DNA of 64,000 bases from an uncultured Chloroflexia bacterium (GTDB lineage: Bacteria > Chloroflexota > Limnocylindria > Limnocylindrales > CSP1-4). A model generated the notes under the pieces. That model saw nothing but the letters and a program-made list of their open reading frames with translations. It had not been told where the DNA came from and did not search any database. How positions within the stretch are numbered: the stretch's first letter is position 1; each line of letters starts with the position of its first letter. The translations under genes were made by a program, and so were the position numbers. Location of the stretch: NCBI GenBank assembly GCA_963734995.1, contig CAVTJD010000005.1, positions 462,014 through 526,013 of the forward strand. The letters run 5' to 3'. Of this stretch, positions 61,859 through 64,000 are shown piece by piece.

Positions 61859-62503
61859 ATGCCGCTGGGCGTGGCGGTCTGGCTCATCATCCTGGCCGTT
61901 CTGGTCGTGGGCTTCCTGATCGTGTTTCGACGCATGTCGGTGCTCGTGGCGAGGACGCGCGATCTCGAGCGCTTCCAGCGTGCGACCGGGTCACTCGATG
62001 CGAGGCTGGCCGGTGTCGTCGATCCGCTGGTGACGAGCCTCGACGAGATCCGCCGGCGAGCGGGCGATCCGAACGCGCTGCGAGAGCGGGTCGAGCCGTC
62101 GCGGGCCGATCTCGGGGCGATGGCCGCCGAGGCGGCGCAGCTCCGCGCGCCGGCAGGCCTGGCCGAGCTGAGCTCGGCGCTGACCCACGAGATCGAGCGG
62201 GCGGGGCGAGCCGTCGACATGGTCGAGCACGGGCTCGACGTCCTGGTCACCGGTCGCAGCGGGCGCGAGCTGGAGGCCCAGACGGCGCTCAAGCGGGGCA
62301 CGCTCAACCTTCGTCACGCTCGGGAGGCCAGCGGACGGCTGGTCGCTCAGATCGCCACCATCCGCCCCGCCGATCTGCTCGAGCGCACGGCCGGCGGGCC
62401 GCGTCACGCGGTCACCGACTCGGGCGCCACGACACGCGTCCAGCCGACCTACCTGGTGGACGACTGGGAGCCCGACGATTCGGCTCAACACCCCCGCATG
62501 TAG
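61859..62503 (+). CDS. hypothetical protein with N-terminal TM anchor
   Basis: It is a clean ORF of non-repetitive composition with no recognisable family. Confidence 0.45.
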   Translation: MPLGVAVWLIILAVLVVGFLIVFRRMSVLVARTRDLERFQRATGSLDARLAGVVDPLVTSLDEIRRRAGDPNALRERVEPSRADLGAMAAEAAQLRAPAGLAELSSALTHEIERAGRAVDMVEHGLDVLVTGRSGRELEAQTALKRGTLNLRHAREASGRLVAQIATIRPADLLERTAGGPRHAVTDSGATTRVQPTYLVDDWEPDDSAQHPRM

Positions 62504-62558
62504 TGGTATGCTCGCGCCACACCACTAGGGATTGTGGTGGCGAGGAGTCGGAGGGCTC

Positions 62559-63044
62559 ATGCGCTGTCCCCAGTGCGGCACCCGCGACACGCGTGTCGTG
62601 GACTCGCGGGACCTGGATGAGGCGACGACGATCCGGCGACGCCGGGAATGTCCTGCGTGCTCGACCCGGTTCACCACCTACGAGCGTGTCGAGGCGGCGC
62701 GCCTCGTGGTCGTCAAGCGCGAGGGAGCGCGGCAGGAGTTCGATCGCGACAAGCTGGCGGCCGGGCTCGCCAAGGCCCTGACCCGACGCCCGGTGGCCGA
62801 CGATGCCGCGGCACGCGCGGCCGACGCGATCGAGGCCGAGCTGCGCGCCTCCGGCCTGTCGGAGATCCCGAGCTCGCGGATCGGCGCCATGGCGATGGAC
62901 CGCCTGCGAGCGCTGGACCACATCGCGTACATCCGGTTCGCGTCCGTCTACCAGAGCTTCGAGGATCTCGCCGATCTGAAGCGCGAGGTCGACTCGCTGT
63001 TCGCCGAGGGCCGGGCGCCGAGAAAGGGGAGCATCAGCGCGTGA
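62559..63044 (+). CDS. nrdR: transcriptional repressor NrdR
   Basis: It has the zinc ribbon [17 protein letters not shown]...[13 protein letters not shown] and an ATP-cone. Confidence 0.9.
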   Translation: MRCPQCGTRDTRVVDSRDLDEATTIRRRRECPACSTRFTTYERVEAARLVVVKREGARQEFDRDKLAAGLAKALTRRPVADDAAARAADAIEAELRASGLSEIPSSRIGAMAMDRLRALDHIAYIRFASVYQSFEDLADLKREVDSLFAEGRAPRKGSISA

Positions 63045-63652
63045 GCGTGCTCTCGGACCGCGACATTCGCGCGGAGCTCGAGGCGGGACGCGTCAGGATC
63101 GACCCGTACGACCCCGCCGACCTGCAGCCATCGTCGGTCGATCTCCATCTCGATCGGCGATTTCGCGTGTTCCGGAACAACCGCTATGCGTACATCGATC
63201 CCCGGGCGCCGCAGCCGGATCTGACCGAGCTGCTCAGCGTGGACGACGAGGAGCCGTTCATCCTCCATCCGGGCGAGTTCGTGCTGGGCCAGACCCTGGA
63301 GTGGGTCGAGCTCCCGGGTGACCTGGTGGCCAGGCTCGAGGGCAAGAGCTCGATGGGTCGCCTCGGGTTGCTCATCCACTCCACCGCCGGCTACGTCGAT
63401 CCCGGCTGGAAGGGCACCCTCACGCTCGAGCTCTCGAACGTCGCCAACCTTCCGATCGCGCTGTACGTCGGGATGCGGATCGGGCAGATCAGCTTCTTCC
63501 GCATGAGCTCCGAGGTCGACCGGCCGTACGGCTCACCCGAGCTGGGGTCGAAGTACCAGGGGCAGTCCGAGCCCACGGCATCGGCGTTCCATACCGACTT
63601 CGATCGCGGCCGGAAGCTGCCGCAGGCAGAGGAGGAACCGTCACGGGGCTGA
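63041..63652 (+). CDS. dcd: dCTP deaminase
   Basis: It contains SSVDLHLD and the trimeric dUTPase-like fold motif [17 protein letters not shown]. Its GTG overlaps the nrdR TGA. Confidence 0.85.
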   Translation: MSVLSDRDIRAELEAGRVRIDPYDPADLQPSSVDLHLDRRFRVFRNNRYAYIDPRAPQPDLTELLSVDDEEPFILHPGEFVLGQTLEWVELPGDLVARLEGKSSMGRLGLLIHSTAGYVDPGWKGTLTLELSNVANLPIALYVGMRIGQISFFRMSSEVDRPYGSPELGSKYQGQSEPTASAFHTDFDRGRKLPQAEEEPSRG

Positions 63653-63654
63653 AC

Positions 63655-64000
63655 GACGCCGTCCACTGGCGCACCGAGCTCGGCGGCGGCACGACGGTCG
63701 CCCTGATCCAGGCGGGCACCTTCAGATCCGACGCCGGTGCCCTGTTCGGGCCGGTTCCCTGGATCCTGTGGCGACCCTGGGGCGAGGCCGAGCTCGACGA
63801 GAACCGCCGGCTGCTCCAGGCGCTCAACTGCCTGCTCGTCGAGACGCCCGCCGGCCGGGTGCTGATCGAGACCGGCATCGGCGAGCGGTTGGACGAGAAG
63901 AACCGCGCGATGCGCGACTATCGCGGCCAGCCGATCGTGCCGGCCATGCGCGAGGCCGGGTTCGACCCCGCGACCGTGGACGTGGTCGCGATGAGCCACC
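63655..64000 (+). CDS. MBL-fold metallo-hydrolase (lactonase-like), 3' end outside window; no canonical start codon found
   Basis: The N-terminal pattern (GTFRSDAGALFGPVPWILW...RVLIETGIG) is typical of MBL-fold quorum-quenching-lactonase-like proteins. The frame is open to the window end. Confidence 0.5.

Overview
This is a very GC-rich, gene-dense bacterial chromosomal segment. About 50 of roughly 56 protein-coding genes sit on the + strand, and nearly all recognisable ones are core housekeeping genes. The order is aspS(3' part) | MobA-like NTP-transferase <- hybrid PAS/GAF sensor kinase | typA - cysteine desulfurase - M13 peptidase - mnmA - alaS - [actin-fold ATPase + membrane protein] - ruvX - mltG - M24 aminopeptidase - efp | ATP-grasp (-) | xseA - xseB - dxs - tlyA - nadK - recN - xerD - PH/SHOCT protein - small S2P protease - HD protein - scpA - scpB - rluB - cmk::plsC fusion - ispH - der | lipoprotein (-) | tRNA-Pro(GGG) | DinB (-) | DAG-kinase-like - RDD - PLP decarboxylase - small proteins - Lit-like - S2P/CBS protease - moeA - moaC - mog - membrane Fe-S (CCG) oxidoreductase - padR - ABC ATPase - FtsX permease | Zn-ribbon miniprotein (-) | acyl-CoA dehydrogenase - etfB - etfA - membrane protein - nrdR - dcd - MBL-fold gene (runs off the end). 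The recN...scpA-scpB-rluB-cmk-der synteny is typical of high-GC Gram-positive (Actinobacteria-like) lineages. Many gene junctions are 4-nt ATGA/GTGA/TTGA or TGATG start-stop overlaps. Several genes have a TANNNT -10 element 7-10 nt before the start codon, which suggests leaderless transcripts. There is no CRISPR array, transposase, integrase or obvious defence island. Items that merit a second look: (1) an actin-fold ATPase plus large membrane protein pair inserted, translationally coupled, between alaS and ruvX; (2) an EF-P with Arg at the modification site and no earP next to it; (3) a Cmk::PlsC gene fusion; (4) a hybrid kinase coupled to a degenerate MobA-like protein; (5) several 21/33/45-bp tandem repeats, some in frame inside genes; (6) at least five conserved genes (ruvX, moeA, the Fe-S oxidoreductase with two compensating shifts, FtsX, the small S2P protease) broken by single-nt frameshifts, plus the HD/scpA junction. 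That density points to consensus indel errors rather than real pseudogenes.
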